NCBI GenBank assembly: GCA_001774395.1
Contig: MEZX01000002.1
Span: 96,753-160,752, forward strand
Reading direction: 5' to 3'
Source: Candidatus Berkelbacteria bacterium RIFCSPLOWO2_01_FULL_50_28
Lineage (GTDB): Bacteria > Patescibacteriota > UBA1384 > 2-12-FULL-50-11
Length of the DNA: 64,000 nt
Below are positions 18,104 to 26,431 of the stretch, piece after piece (positions within the stretch are counted from its first letter, which is position 1; each line of letters opens with the position of its first letter). Position numbers and translations under genes: made by a program. The notes below the pieces were generated by a model that saw only the letters and a list, made by a program, of their open reading frames with translations, was not told where the DNA came from and ran no database searches.

Positions 18104-18127
18104 CCGTATGTGTTAAAACACATACGG
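18104..18127. promoter_or_regulatory. 11-bp inverted repeat CCGTATGTGTT-AA-AACACATACGG in the divergent promoter region, a candidate operator for a dimeric regulator.
   Basis: Near-perfect 24-bp palindrome with no trailing T-run. It lies about 110 bp upstream of the metallopeptidase start (-) and about 400 bp upstream of the 18521 operon (+). Confidence 0.45.
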
Positions 18128-18520
18128 TGGCTTAGGGAATTCGGTATTTTAATAACCAAAAAGTGAGCGTTTTAGTCGGCTATCAATACCGAAGGCAGAG
18201 AGTTTGAACAGTGACACTTCCGGTTCAAACCTTGAGGCTTTCACCCCCCCCTAAGTTGGGAGGAGATGTTTTCCGAGGGGCGTCGCGGACGACGAGGCAT
18301 CTAACCACCTCCCTTTCCCATGGTGCGAGAAGTTATCCTTGCGACCGTGCGGAGGGCGAAGCGGGCATGGTTTCCTGAGCTTGTCGAAGGAAGAGCGAGC
18401 CCGAGCCCGAAACCCAAATTCTCGCTGGGAATTTGGAGTTGGGTCGAAAGGGTAACTTGTCGCACCGCTCTCTCCCCAACTTGAATAAAAACTCTATTTG
18501 CGAGACGCTGAAGTCAACAA

Positions 18521-19885
18521 ATGAAGAGGGGGCTGATAATTCTTGCTGGTTTGGGTGTACTCCTGATACTCGTCGTGGTATTTATGAACATTTTTGGCGG
18601 CAAGACGCCTGACAGCAAGTCGGCACTCAAGGTATGGCTGCCCTTCGACGAAGTAGCGACTTATAAAAAAATCTCTAAGGAGTTTCAGGCTAAGCATTCC
18701 AGCATCGATCTGGAGTTTAGATACATTGACGCCAAAGACGCCAAGGACTACGAGGCAACGGTTATCAATGCTATTGCTGATGGTGAGGGCCCAGACATCT
18801 GGTTGGCACGGTTCGATTGGATACCCAAGCACGCCGCCAAGTCTCTACCGGCCTCATCGGGCGGTCTTACTGATGCGGTAACCCAGCTCAAAGTTCTGGT
18901 TCAATCTAATATCGTCGACTTGAACACTTACAACGGCGAGCTCTACGGCGTGCCGCTGTTTGCCGATTCGCTGGCGATAATCTACAACAGCGATTTTTAC
19001 CGTGAAAACAGTCAGAACTTTTCCCAGAAAAATCTAGCTTTCCTCGATCAGTACCCGAAAAGTTGGGCTGAGCTGAAGCGCAATGTTGGTCTAATCAGTT
19101 CCAACAGCGGCGCGACGATAAAGCGTTCAGGCTTAGCGATGGGAACAGTGAAAAATACACTTGCTCCCGCCGACGTTCTGACGGCCTTTTTGCTCCAGTC
19201 CAACTCGACGATTTTAAGCGAAGACGGCAAAGACGTGATATTCAATCTGGCGGCTTTCAAGAAAGGTAAACCAACATTCCCCACCGCTGAGGCGCTGTCG
19301 TTTTATACGAGCTTTGCCTCGCCAAAGGCGACTAACTATTCTTGGAACGCCGCAATGGGCGACCCAGTTGAGGCGTTCGTGGCCGGTAAGACGGGAGCCC
19401 TCATCGGTTACTACTCAACACTACAAGCAATACTTGATCAAGATCCGACTATCTGGCAAAAAATCATTGTAACTCCCATGGTTCAGAAAAATCCCAAGGC
19501 CGAGCGTATCGACTTCGTGATGGGCTGGACGCATTTAGTCAATCGCGACAGCACTGCTCCTGAGGCGGCCTGGCAGTACTTGAGTTATCTGGCGCAAGAC
19601 ACGGCGCAGTACGACTATGCAGAATCAACCGGTAGAATTGAAGTAGCCAAGCGCGATCGGGGCCTGGCGGAGCGCTCCGAGGCTAATATGTCGCGAGATG
19701 AGATATTTGGCGCTCAATTTGATACGGGTCAGTTGTTTATCAAACGGGAGTGGCAGTTGGTAGACGTTGTTCTGCAAGACGCCATTAACCAAGTGATTGT
19801 GAGCCATCGCACAGCCCAGAACGCCATCGATTCAGCCGCCAGCCGTTTCAAGGTTTTTCTGCAGGACGCTAGCGTGGGGCAGTAG
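18521..19885 (+). CDS. Extracellular solute-binding protein family 1 (SBP_bac_1-like), N-terminally TM-anchored, with no ABC permease or ATPase partner in the window. It is the first gene of the pilin-like operon.
   Basis: N-terminal TM helix LIILAGLGVLLILVVVF; SBP_bac_1-like N-domain (KVWLPFDE...GEGPDIWLARFDWIP); a 3-nt gap to the next gene. Confidence 0.65.
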   Translation: MKRGLIILAGLGVLLILVVVFMNIFGGKTPDSKSALKVWLPFDEVATYKKISKEFQAKHSSIDLEFRYIDAKDAKDYEATVINAIADGEGPDIWLARFDWIPKHAAKSLPASSGGLTDAVTQLKVLVQSNIVDLNTYNGELYGVPLFADSLAIIYNSDFYRENSQNFSQKNLAFLDQYPKSWAELKRNVGLISSNSGATIKRSGLAMGTVKNTLAPADVLTAFLLQSNSTILSEDGKDVIFNLAAFKKGKPTFPTAEALSFYTSFASPKATNYSWNAAMGDPVEAFVAGKTGALIGYYSTLQAILDQDPTIWQKIIVTPMVQKNPKAERIDFVMGWTHLVNRDSTAPEAAWQYLSYLAQDTAQYDYAESTGRIEVAKRDRGLAERSEANMSRDEIFGAQFDTGQLFIKREWQLVDVVLQDAINQVIVSHRTAQNAIDSAASRFKVFLQDASVGQ

Positions 19886-19887
19886 AG

Positions 19888-20163
19888 ATGCTGTTACCTA
19901 TCGAGAGAGCGCTAGCTCAAGGAGGTCCCGCAACCACTGGCTCGAGTTTTAGCGATTATCTGTCAGTGCAAATCGGCCGGGCGATCACCCTGGCTGGGCT
20001 CTTGGCGGTGTTGATGATAGTTTACGGCACGTTCCGCTACGCCACTTCGGGCGGTGACGACACTAAAACCAAAGAAGCGAAAGACATAATCTTGGGTGCG
20101 GTTGTTGGATTTTCCTTGTTAGTTTTAATAAAGATCCTCGTGCCGCTGTTGGGGCTGGAATGA
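19888..20163 (+). CDS. VirB2/TrbC-like pilin-family protein (two-helix hairpin, 91 aa).
   Basis: Two hydrophobic helices separated by the short loop YATSGGDDTKTKEAKDIILGAVVG. Paralogous modules recur in the next three genes. Confidence 0.65.
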   Translation: MLLPIERALAQGGPATTGSSFSDYLSVQIGRAITLAGLLAVLMIVYGTFRYATSGGDDTKTKEAKDIILGAVVGFSLLVLIKILVPLLGLE

Positions 20164-21242
20164 CGAAACTTGTTAAGCTCTTTTTCGGGTTGGCTTTCAG
20201 TCTGACACTGGTATTTTATGCTGGCGGGGTTGCCTTAGCGGACAGTAAACTGGTTGGCTTTTCTCCAAATCCGCTTGAATTTGCCACCGACTCAGCCAAC
20301 AAAGAGATAGTGACAGCCACCGTTTCGCCCGCACCGGCCTCGGCGCTGACGGTTAAATTAGTTGCTAATGGTAAGGTGACCCTTGGCAAGACGACGCTCT
20401 CTTTTAGCCCCACTGACACTACTGACACGTTCGGCGTTACCCCGGCTTCGGGGCTCAAGAGCGGCGACATCGTCATAATAACCGCCGAGGGGAAAATTGG
20501 CGCAGTAACTTACAAGGGAACGCTCGAGGCCGCGATCGGCGTGGTGGCACACCCTAACCCCAACGCTGGGAAAATAGATTGGAATAAAGTTCCCGGCACG
20601 ACCATCACCGATCTGAATGTTTTCCTGAACAAAGCGATAACTGGCGCTCTTTGGGTGATCGCTCTGGTGGCTTTTGCCGGATTAATCGCCGCCGGATTCA
20701 TGTATATAACCGCTGGCGGAGACGCGGCCAAGGCGGAGAAAGCCCGCAAGACGATTATCTGGTCGATTGTCGGGGTGATTCTGGCCTCAATTTCCTACAC
20801 GTTACTTCTGACCGCGGCGCAATTTAGGGGCATCGATTACACTGCAATTCCCCAAGAAACAAGCGATAGCGGCTCGACCGCGGATGACGGTTCTGCAACG
20901 ACAGGTTCGGGAGTCGGATTGACGGTTAGCGACACAGCGGGTACAAATTTTGCCGATGTTATTCCTCTCGACCAAACAACCCAGCTTTCATATCCGCTCG
21001 AGATTGTATTGAATAGTGCCCCAGCCGGTACGGTCACTGTCGAACTAATAACACAGGGTAATTTGCCGCTCACCCTTGCCGGTAGCAGTACGATGACGTT
21101 TGACGAAACCAGTTGGTCAACGCCGCAATCTTTTGGTGTTTCCTATGCTGGTGACGGTCAACCAGGTCAAGCGGGGCAGGTTCTGATCAAAGGCTCGGAC
21201 GGCTCTCGCCAGACAATTCGATTCGAGGTGCCAAATGTTTAG
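20160..21242 (+). CDS. Secreted protein with Ig-like beta-rich ectodomains flanking an internal VirB2/TrbC-like two-TM module.
   Basis: Signal peptide MTKLVKLFFGLAFSLTLVFYAGGVALA. Internal module LWVIALVAFAGLIAAGFMYITAGGDAAKAEKARKTIIWSIVGVILASISYTLL. The C-terminal domain shares the PLEIVLNSAPAGTVTVEL...LTLAGSS block with the next gene. Confidence 0.65.
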   Translation: MTKLVKLFFGLAFSLTLVFYAGGVALADSKLVGFSPNPLEFATDSANKEIVTATVSPAPASALTVKLVANGKVTLGKTTLSFSPTDTTDTFGVTPASGLKSGDIVIITAEGKIGAVTYKGTLEAAIGVVAHPNPNAGKIDWNKVPGTTITDLNVFLNKAITGALWVIALVAFAGLIAAGFMYITAGGDAAKAEKARKTIIWSIVGVILASISYTLLLTAAQFRGIDYTAIPQETSDSGSTADDGSATTGSGVGLTVSDTAGTNFADVIPLDQTTQLSYPLEIVLNSAPAGTVTVELITQGNLPLTLAGSSTMTFDETSWSTPQSFGVSYAGDGQPGQAGQVLIKGSDGSRQTIRFEVPNV

Positions 21243-22815
21243 TCGTCTTGCTCTTGGAGCAAAGCGCTACCTATTCGTGGCTATGTTGACTCTCTTGAGT
21301 CTGGCTCCGGCTTTGAGCTTTCCTGCCCCCGCTAGGGCCGCCGACCCGTTTCCGGTAGACTTTAGCCGCGTTGAGGTTAACAGCCAAAAGCAGGCCCAGT
21401 ACCGGGCGGACATTTTCCAAATTTATTCAGATCTAAAGAGCCAGATTGGCAGTCTGGGCAAATCGCGTGTTATCAAGGCGTTTGTGTTCTATCCGTGGGA
21501 TGTTCAAAAGATAAGCCCCAGTACCCAGGATGGATTTACGGCGGGCTACTTCCAACCGAGCACCGGTTATCTTGTGATAAATTCCGTCGAATTCGAAGAG
21601 ACTGAGAGCGTGAGAACCGTAATTGCTCACGAGCTACTCCATTCATTCGTTCCCGCAAACAACGGCTACGGATACAGCGGGGCGGGAGGCAAGGGCTACG
21701 TTTACGAGGAGATGCTGGCGGACTATTTCTCGAAACTCCACATTGGCGCGAGCCTGGGCGAAACCTACGCTGGTGCCGTAGCATCGCTTGGCTACTCTCA
21801 CCTGGCCAACCTCGTACCCCAAATACTAAACATCATCGGTTTAGCTGGGCAGAGTGATCCGGAAACAATACTGGAACGGGCTATATTTAGCAGCTCCAAG
21901 CTTGGGCTGATCGACCAAACTGTCGGCAAATACCTCACGGACAAAAACTTTTTGGCTAATCTCGGCGGCTTTCTCGACACAAGCCCCGCAAAAACCAATC
22001 TCACAGCGGCCAAGAAGTACCTCGACGAGGTAGAGAGAAAAATTCTTGCCACCAGCGCTAAATCGAGCTCTGTCCAGGTGCTGGTGAAGGGCCAGTTTAG
22101 CGCCGATTACGCCGACGTACTGACGATTCCGGAGAACGTGGAGGGTTTGTCGATTCCTCTGGAAGTTGCGTTGAGCGCCGCCCCTAGCAGCCCAGTTACG
22201 CTGACAGTGGCCGGGCGTGGGGCTCTGGTACTAACTTACACCGGTAGCGCTGATTTGGTCTTTGATTCAACTAATTTTGCCGACAGTAAATCTTTCAGAG
22301 TTTTCTACGACAAGGCGGCCAACAAGGAGGGGACGAGAGCAGAGATTAGTTTCTCTGGCCCCGGAGTGGATACAAAGACCGTGACGGTCGTCAAAGCCAG
22401 CGAGTTGAAAAGCGGCCCTGCCGGTGGGACGACCGGCGGAACTGGCGGCACGGCGGGTGGCACCACGGCGGCTGCTTCAGGAGTCGGCCCGTTTCTGGGC
22501 AAGCTCCTCCTGCCAGACTGTCTGCGCACCGGAGAAAAGGCTGTTAACGCCGAATTCGACACTTGCGTGCTCGACAGCGTGCGCCATTACATCGAGCTGT
22601 TACTTTTGCTGACGGCGTTAGGGGCGTTCGGTTATTTGCTTTACGGTGCCTTCTTATACGCTTCGGCCTTTGGCGATGAAGCGAAGGCGACGTTGGCCAA
22701 AAAGGTAATCACCGCGGCGCTAATCGGTGCGGCGCTCTCCACTCTGGCCTACTTGGCGATAATGTTACTGGCTCAAGGTCTCGGCGTCGAGGGCGGTCTA
22801 CTCCGAACGCCTTGA
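21235..22815 (+). CDS. Secreted HExxH zincin-like domain plus Ig-like domain, a Gly/Thr-rich linker and a C-terminal VirB2/TrbC-like two-TM module.
   Basis: Signal peptide MFSRLALGAKRYLFVAMLTLLSLAPALSFPAPARA. VIAHELLHSF...EEMLADYF (HExxH with a downstream Glu). Linker GPAGGTTGGTGGTAGGTTAAASG. C-terminal module LLLLTALGAFGYLLYGAFLYASAFGDEAKATLAKKVITAALIGAALSTLAYL. Confidence 0.65.
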   Translation: MFSRLALGAKRYLFVAMLTLLSLAPALSFPAPARAADPFPVDFSRVEVNSQKQAQYRADIFQIYSDLKSQIGSLGKSRVIKAFVFYPWDVQKISPSTQDGFTAGYFQPSTGYLVINSVEFEETESVRTVIAHELLHSFVPANNGYGYSGAGGKGYVYEEMLADYFSKLHIGASLGETYAGAVASLGYSHLANLVPQILNIIGLAGQSDPETILERAIFSSSKLGLIDQTVGKYLTDKNFLANLGGFLDTSPAKTNLTAAKKYLDEVERKILATSAKSSSVQVLVKGQFSADYADVLTIPENVEGLSIPLEVALSAAPSSPVTLTVAGRGALVLTYTGSADLVFDSTNFADSKSFRVFYDKAANKEGTRAEISFSGPGVDTKTVTVVKASELKSGPAGGTTGGTGGTAGGTTAAASGVGPFLGKLLLPDCLRTGEKAVNAEFDTCVLDSVRHYIELLLLLTALGAFGYLLYGAFLYASAFGDEAKATLAKKVITAALIGAALSTLAYLAIMLLAQGLGVEGGLLRTP

Positions 22816-22873
22816 AGGAAATCTTGACAACGGTCAGACGATAGTTTGTAGTGATAATATAAGGGAGGAAGAG

Positions 22874-23215
22874 ATGAATTTATTAAGTAAGTTTGTAGGA
22901 GTGGCGCACGCGGAGACACAGTTTCGGGTAGATAACTTCAAGCTGTTCGATATGTTCAAGCCGAACAACGCCGAACAAGGTCTAAGCCAAATCATTACCA
23001 AGATTGTTGGATTTGCCATGCTGATTGCGGCACTGATCGCTTTCGGGTATCTGATAGTGGCTGGCTTCCAATATATGACAGCCGGCGGAGACGCTGCCAA
23101 AGCCCAAACAGCTCGTCAGGGAATTGTTAACGCCTTGGTTGGTATTATTATTGTCGTTATTGCTTACACCCTGCTTGCCTACGTCTCCTCTGTTACAAGA
23201 CGCGGTAATTTCTAA
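22874..23215 (+). CDS. VirB2/TrbC-like pilin-family protein (113 aa).
   Basis: Strong RBS AAGGGAGGAAGAG. Module IVGFAMLIAALIAFGYLIVAGFQYMTAGGDAAKAQTARQGIVNALVGIIIVVIAYTLL. Confidence 0.65.
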   Translation: MNLLSKFVGVAHAETQFRVDNFKLFDMFKPNNAEQGLSQIITKIVGFAMLIAALIAFGYLIVAGFQYMTAGGDAAKAQTARQGIVNALVGIIIVVIAYTLLAYVSSVTRRGNF

Positions 23216-23219
23216 ACGA

Positions 23220-24728
23220 CTAAGCAACCGAACGAACTTCTTCCTCGGTAGTTAGGCCTTGGGCAGCTTTTTCTAAGCCATCATCAAGAAGGGTTCTGTT
23301 GCCGAGTTTTTTAAACATCTCCTCGAATTCCGAGAGCGAAGCCTCTCTTTTGATTAGCTCGATTGTCTGGGCATCTGGCACAAAATGCTCGACGATTAGA
23401 AATCGGCCACGAAAGCCGGTCTGATAACAAACATCACAGCCCGTACCGCCGCAAGCGGCGCAAACCCGTCGGACCAATCTTTGGGCCACAACCAAGCTAA
23501 TGGCGTCGGCCAACAGATACTTCGGGACGCCAATCTGTAGCAGTCGGGCAAACGAAGCAGCGGCAGAGTTGGTGTGAAGCGTCGAAAGCACCAAATGCCC
23601 CGTCAGTGCCGCATCAATAGCGATTTGGGCGGTCTCAACGTCCCGAATCTCGCCTACCATAATGACGTTCGGGTCTTGGCGTAAAACGGCCCGCAGGGCT
23701 TGAGGAAAATCAAAGCCGTCAGCAGGGTTCACTTGCACTTGCTCGATACCTTCGATGCGATACTCCACCGGGTCTTCGATAGTAACTATCTTCGAATCGG
23801 GTTTGTTCAGAAGCTGGAGCACGGCGTACAAGCTCGTTGTTTTGCCCGAGCCAGTTGGGCCGGTGAAAAGCACTAAGCCCTCTGGTCGTGAGACGGCGTC
23901 AAGGATTGCTTTCTGGGTGTCGGGCGAGACGTTAAGCTGGTCGAGCGAGAGAAAATTCTTAAATGTCAGCAGGCGCAGTTCGATGGTTTCGCCGTAAGCC
24001 GTCGGAACGGCGTTAACGCGAATATCAATGTGCTGCTCGCCGACTGTAAAGGTGAAACGGCCGTCTTGGGCGACTTTTTTGACGTCTAATTTTATGTGCG
24101 ACAGGGTTTTGATACGGGACGCCAGCAGGTGGTAGGTTTTCTCAGGCAAGTCGATCACCTCGACCAACTTGCCGTCAATGCGAAACCTAATCGCCACAGC
24201 GGTCTCCCCTGGTTCGAAGTGAACATCGGTCGCGTCGAGCGAAAGCCCCCCGGAAAGAATTGTTTCCAGTAGTTCGGTGGTTGAAACTTTATCGATCGCG
24301 TCCTTCAAATCTTTCAGGGTGCTGATTCTGACGGCGAACTGCTCTTTGGTTTGAGCCTTAGCGGGCCCGGTAACGGCCGCAACCAGCTCGTCGTAGCGCG
24401 TTAAACTATACTCGGCAGAACTTTTTGAGCAAATAAACGGCTGGAAAGTTAGGGACAGCTTCGCTCCCAATTCGCCCATTGCCTCGGCTAAGCCTTGGGC
24501 AAACGGGTTGGGGCTGGCAACGCGAACGTTGTGGCCGATTTTCATAAACGAGACAATCCTGAACCGCTCCGCAACATCTCGGGGAATGATGGCGATAACT
24601 TCACCCACAAACGGAAAGTTCACCAAATTAACGTAAGGCAGCTCTCTGGAGGCGGCAAACTCTGACGTGTGAGCTTCCTCGCGAGCCCTGTCGTACGAGT
24701 GAACAACGTTGCGTAAATCTTGGGTCAT
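23220..24728 (-). CDS. GspE/PilB-family type II/IV secretion-system ATPase.
   Basis: Walker A GPTGSGKTTSLYAVL; VMVGEIRD; tetracysteine CAACGGTGCDVCYQTGF typical of GspE/PilB; N-terminal GSPII-E-like region (LDATDVHFEP...RFRIDGKL). Confidence 0.85.
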   Translation of the reverse strand: MTQDLRNVVHSYDRAREEAHTSEFAASRELPYVNLVNFPFVGEVIAIIPRDVAERFRIVSFMKIGHNVRVASPNPFAQGLAEAMGELGAKLSLTFQPFICSKSSAEYSLTRYDELVAAVTGPAKAQTKEQFAVRISTLKDLKDAIDKVSTTELLETILSGGLSLDATDVHFEPGETAVAIRFRIDGKLVEVIDLPEKTYHLLASRIKTLSHIKLDVKKVAQDGRFTFTVGEQHIDIRVNAVPTAYGETIELRLLTFKNFLSLDQLNVSPDTQKAILDAVSRPEGLVLFTGPTGSGKTTSLYAVLQLLNKPDSKIVTIEDPVEYRIEGIEQVQVNPADGFDFPQALRAVLRQDPNVIMVGEIRDVETAQIAIDAALTGHLVLSTLHTNSAAASFARLLQIGVPKYLLADAISLVVAQRLVRRVCAACGGTGCDVCYQTGFRGRFLIVEHFVPDAQTIELIKREASLSEFEEMFKKLGNRTLLDDGLEKAAQGLTTEEEVRSVA

Positions 24729-24831
24729 TTAACTTATTGTAGCCGACTAGCTGATAGCGACCAACAGGAAGCTTTCTGTCGCGTGCGACTGACTTTTGAG
24801 TGATAATGAGGTAAGATTTAGGTCGTTATCA

Positions 24832-24957
24832 GGAGAGGTCGCATAGCTCGGTTGATGTGAGGCCGCAGGCCGAAGACAACCGGGATGGAAACTTGGAGAG
24901 GTCGCATAGCTCGGTTGATTTTGAGCCAGAGGCGAGAAACAACCGGAGTACAAATCG
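24832..24957 (+). repeat. Two tandem 63-bp units, each beginning with an exact copy of the first 25 nt of the downstream tRNA-Ser (GGAGAGGTCGCATAGCTCGGTTGAT) followed by a diverged anticodon-arm-like sequence. These are tRNA 5'-half pseudo-copies.
   Basis: Unit starts at 24832, 24895 and 24958 (the real tRNA), an exact 63-nt periodicity. All three share ...AACCGG... downstream. The minus-strand ORFs with a repeated QPSYATSP are artefacts of this repeat. Confidence 0.7.
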
Positions 24958-25043
24958 GAGAGGTCGCATAGCTCGGTTGATTGCGCCGGTTTCGAAAACC
25001 GGTATACCGCAAGGTATCGTGGGTTCAAATCCCACCCTCTCCG
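24958..25043 (+). tRNA. tRNA-Ser (anticodon CGA).
   Basis: Acceptor GGAGAGG/CCTCTCC. Anticodon stem CCGGT/ACCGG with loop TTCGAAA. Long variable arm ATACCGCAAGGTATCG. T-arm GTGGG-TTCAAAT-CCCAC. Discriminator G. Confidence 0.75.
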
Positions 25044-25045
25044 CA

Positions 25046-25399
25046 ATGGATGTAGATAAATGCTACAGCGATTGGATTAAGTTGATCGCTGAGTCGAACG
25101 ACAGTGACGAGCTGGTCACCCACTTTAGAGAACATGTCGGTGATCACTTTCACCATCATGACAACGAAGGTGAATTCGGTTTTAAAATATGGCTGACAGG
25201 GGTGGTCAACTTCCTTCGTGTATTTGAGCAGAAATTTACGGAAATAGAAAAAGCCGAACTACTTTTCCAGCTCTGTGTTTTCTACAAAGAAAAAGGTAAG
25301 GGCCCTAAACCGTCGTTCGATATTGATGTTTTTATGGAGAATTTTGATAGCAAAATAAAAGATTATTATCTTAAACGTAAATCAGCTAACAGAGACTAA
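25046..25399 (+). CDS. Hypothetical His-rich small protein (117 aa) starting 3 nt after the tRNA. The track ORF from 24857 reads through the tRNA repeats.
   Basis: MDVDKCYSDW...HFREHVGDHFHHHD; no recognised domain. Confidence 0.45.
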   Translation: MDVDKCYSDWIKLIAESNDSDELVTHFREHVGDHFHHHDNEGEFGFKIWLTGVVNFLRVFEQKFTEIEKAELLFQLCVFYKEKGKGPKPSFDIDVFMENFDSKIKDYYLKRKSANRD

Positions 25400-25474
25400 G
25401 AGATAAGCGTTCGCCATCTATCCAATTGCTCTGGACCGGAACGTCCTACACTAGGAAAAGCCCCTCAGGGTTCG

Positions 25475-26335
25475 CTACTTACTCTGGCTCGTTTTTACGG
25501 CCAAATAGAACGCCGTTGACTCGAGGATATGATCAGATTTGGTTAGCTTGAGAATCAGCGAGATGAAACTCTTGGCCAATCTTGATAGCGGGCTCCGCTC
25601 CGCTATGGTGGTCGAGGTGATCTTTTTTACCTGGAACCCGCCGTACTTTAACTGCTCTTTCACCTGGCCCACTGAATACTCCGTAACGTGGTAACTCGAC
25701 ATAAATCCGACGCCCTTTCCACGGGCGATTCTTGCTAAATTGCTGAAACGATAGCGACTGGGGGTGGAGATAATTAGCAGTCCGCCTGGCTTGAGGACTC
25801 TACTTATGGCTTTGAGCATCGCTAGCGGATCTGGTACGTGCTCCCAGATGTTGTTGCAAATGGCAATATCTAGCGACTCGTCTTTGAACGGCAGCTGGTG
25901 CGCGTCAGCTACAAAGAAAGTAACGCCTTTGTATTTTTTATGTGCGTAGTCGATGGCCGAAGTCGAGTAGTCGAGTCCCAGAACCTCCATCTTGGGGAAA
26001 TGTTTTTTAATTTCGGCTGTAATGTGGCCTTCGCCGCAGGCAATGTCCAAAAGCTTCAGACCCTTTCCCTGTACGCCCTTTAGCAAGTCCAGTGTGCAGT
26101 TGAAGCGGCGCCGGTGGAAATTGCTTGTCATATGATCACTTACCGCATAGGGATCCTCTGTGGCGTACTCGTCTGAGCCTACCAACTCGTCGGGATGAAG
26201 GAAAACGAGAAACTTATTAGGGTGCCAACTGCACGAGTATTTTTTATAGCCGCCCTTTTTCCATTCTTCCAGCGAGCAGGAGTCCTGCCCTAAGTTTATT
26301 GCTCTGCTTTTCGCTTCATCAAAGTATTCAATCAT
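25475..26335 (-). CDS. Class I SAM-dependent methyltransferase.
   Basis: Motif I LDIACGEGHITAEI; motif post-I and II spacing is typical. Confidence 0.75.
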   Translation of the reverse strand: MIEYFDEAKSRAINLGQDSCSLEEWKKGGYKKYSCSWHPNKFLVFLHPDELVGSDEYATEDPYAVSDHMTSNFHRRRFNCTLDLLKGVQGKGLKLLDIACGEGHITAEIKKHFPKMEVLGLDYSTSAIDYAHKKYKGVTFFVADAHQLPFKDESLDIAICNNIWEHVPDPLAMLKAISRVLKPGGLLIISTPSRYRFSNLARIARGKGVGFMSSYHVTEYSVGQVKEQLKYGGFQVKKITSTTIAERSPLSRLAKSFISLILKLTKSDHILESTAFYLAVKTSQSK

Positions 26336-26431
26336 GAGTGCTTCCTCGATTATTGTTGGCCAGCAACGCTTAGCTTACTTTTATCACAATAAGCCCTACA
26401 GAGACACCCTGCCAAGCTCCGTTCTCTGTTT

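Noticed and set aside
17990-18260. A possible tmRNA (ssrA) on the minus strand, from a GGGGGGGGTGAAAGCC...GGTTTGAACCGG start-like sequence.
   Set aside because: A full-length tmRNA would run into the metallopeptidase coding region. No tRNA-like 3' end (GGTTCGA...CCACCA) and no tag-peptide ORF ending in ...AA-stop could be found.
19888-23215. The small two-helix proteins considered as type IV (PilA-like) pilins that would partner the adjacent PilB ATPase.
   Set aside because: They have no class III prepilin signal (G/FTLxE) at the N-terminus. The hairpin with a GGD-K loop matches the VirB2/TrbC architecture instead. The PilB-like ATPase is convergent and may be functionally unlinked.
24832-25043. 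A CRISPR-like architecture: a 25-bp conserved repeat with about 38-bp variable spacers at a 63-bp period.
   Set aside because: There are only three units, the third unit is a complete tRNA-Ser, and the 'spacers' are diverged copies of the tRNA anticodon arm. No cas genes are nearby. It is a tRNA-fragment tandem repeat, not CRISPR.
24747-25046. Three overlapping minus-strand ORFs (99, 64 and 68 aa) with a repeated QPSYATSP motif.
   Set aside because: They are translations of the tRNA-Ser 5'-fragment tandem repeat and the tRNA itself. The periodic peptide motif is an artefact of the DNA repeat.
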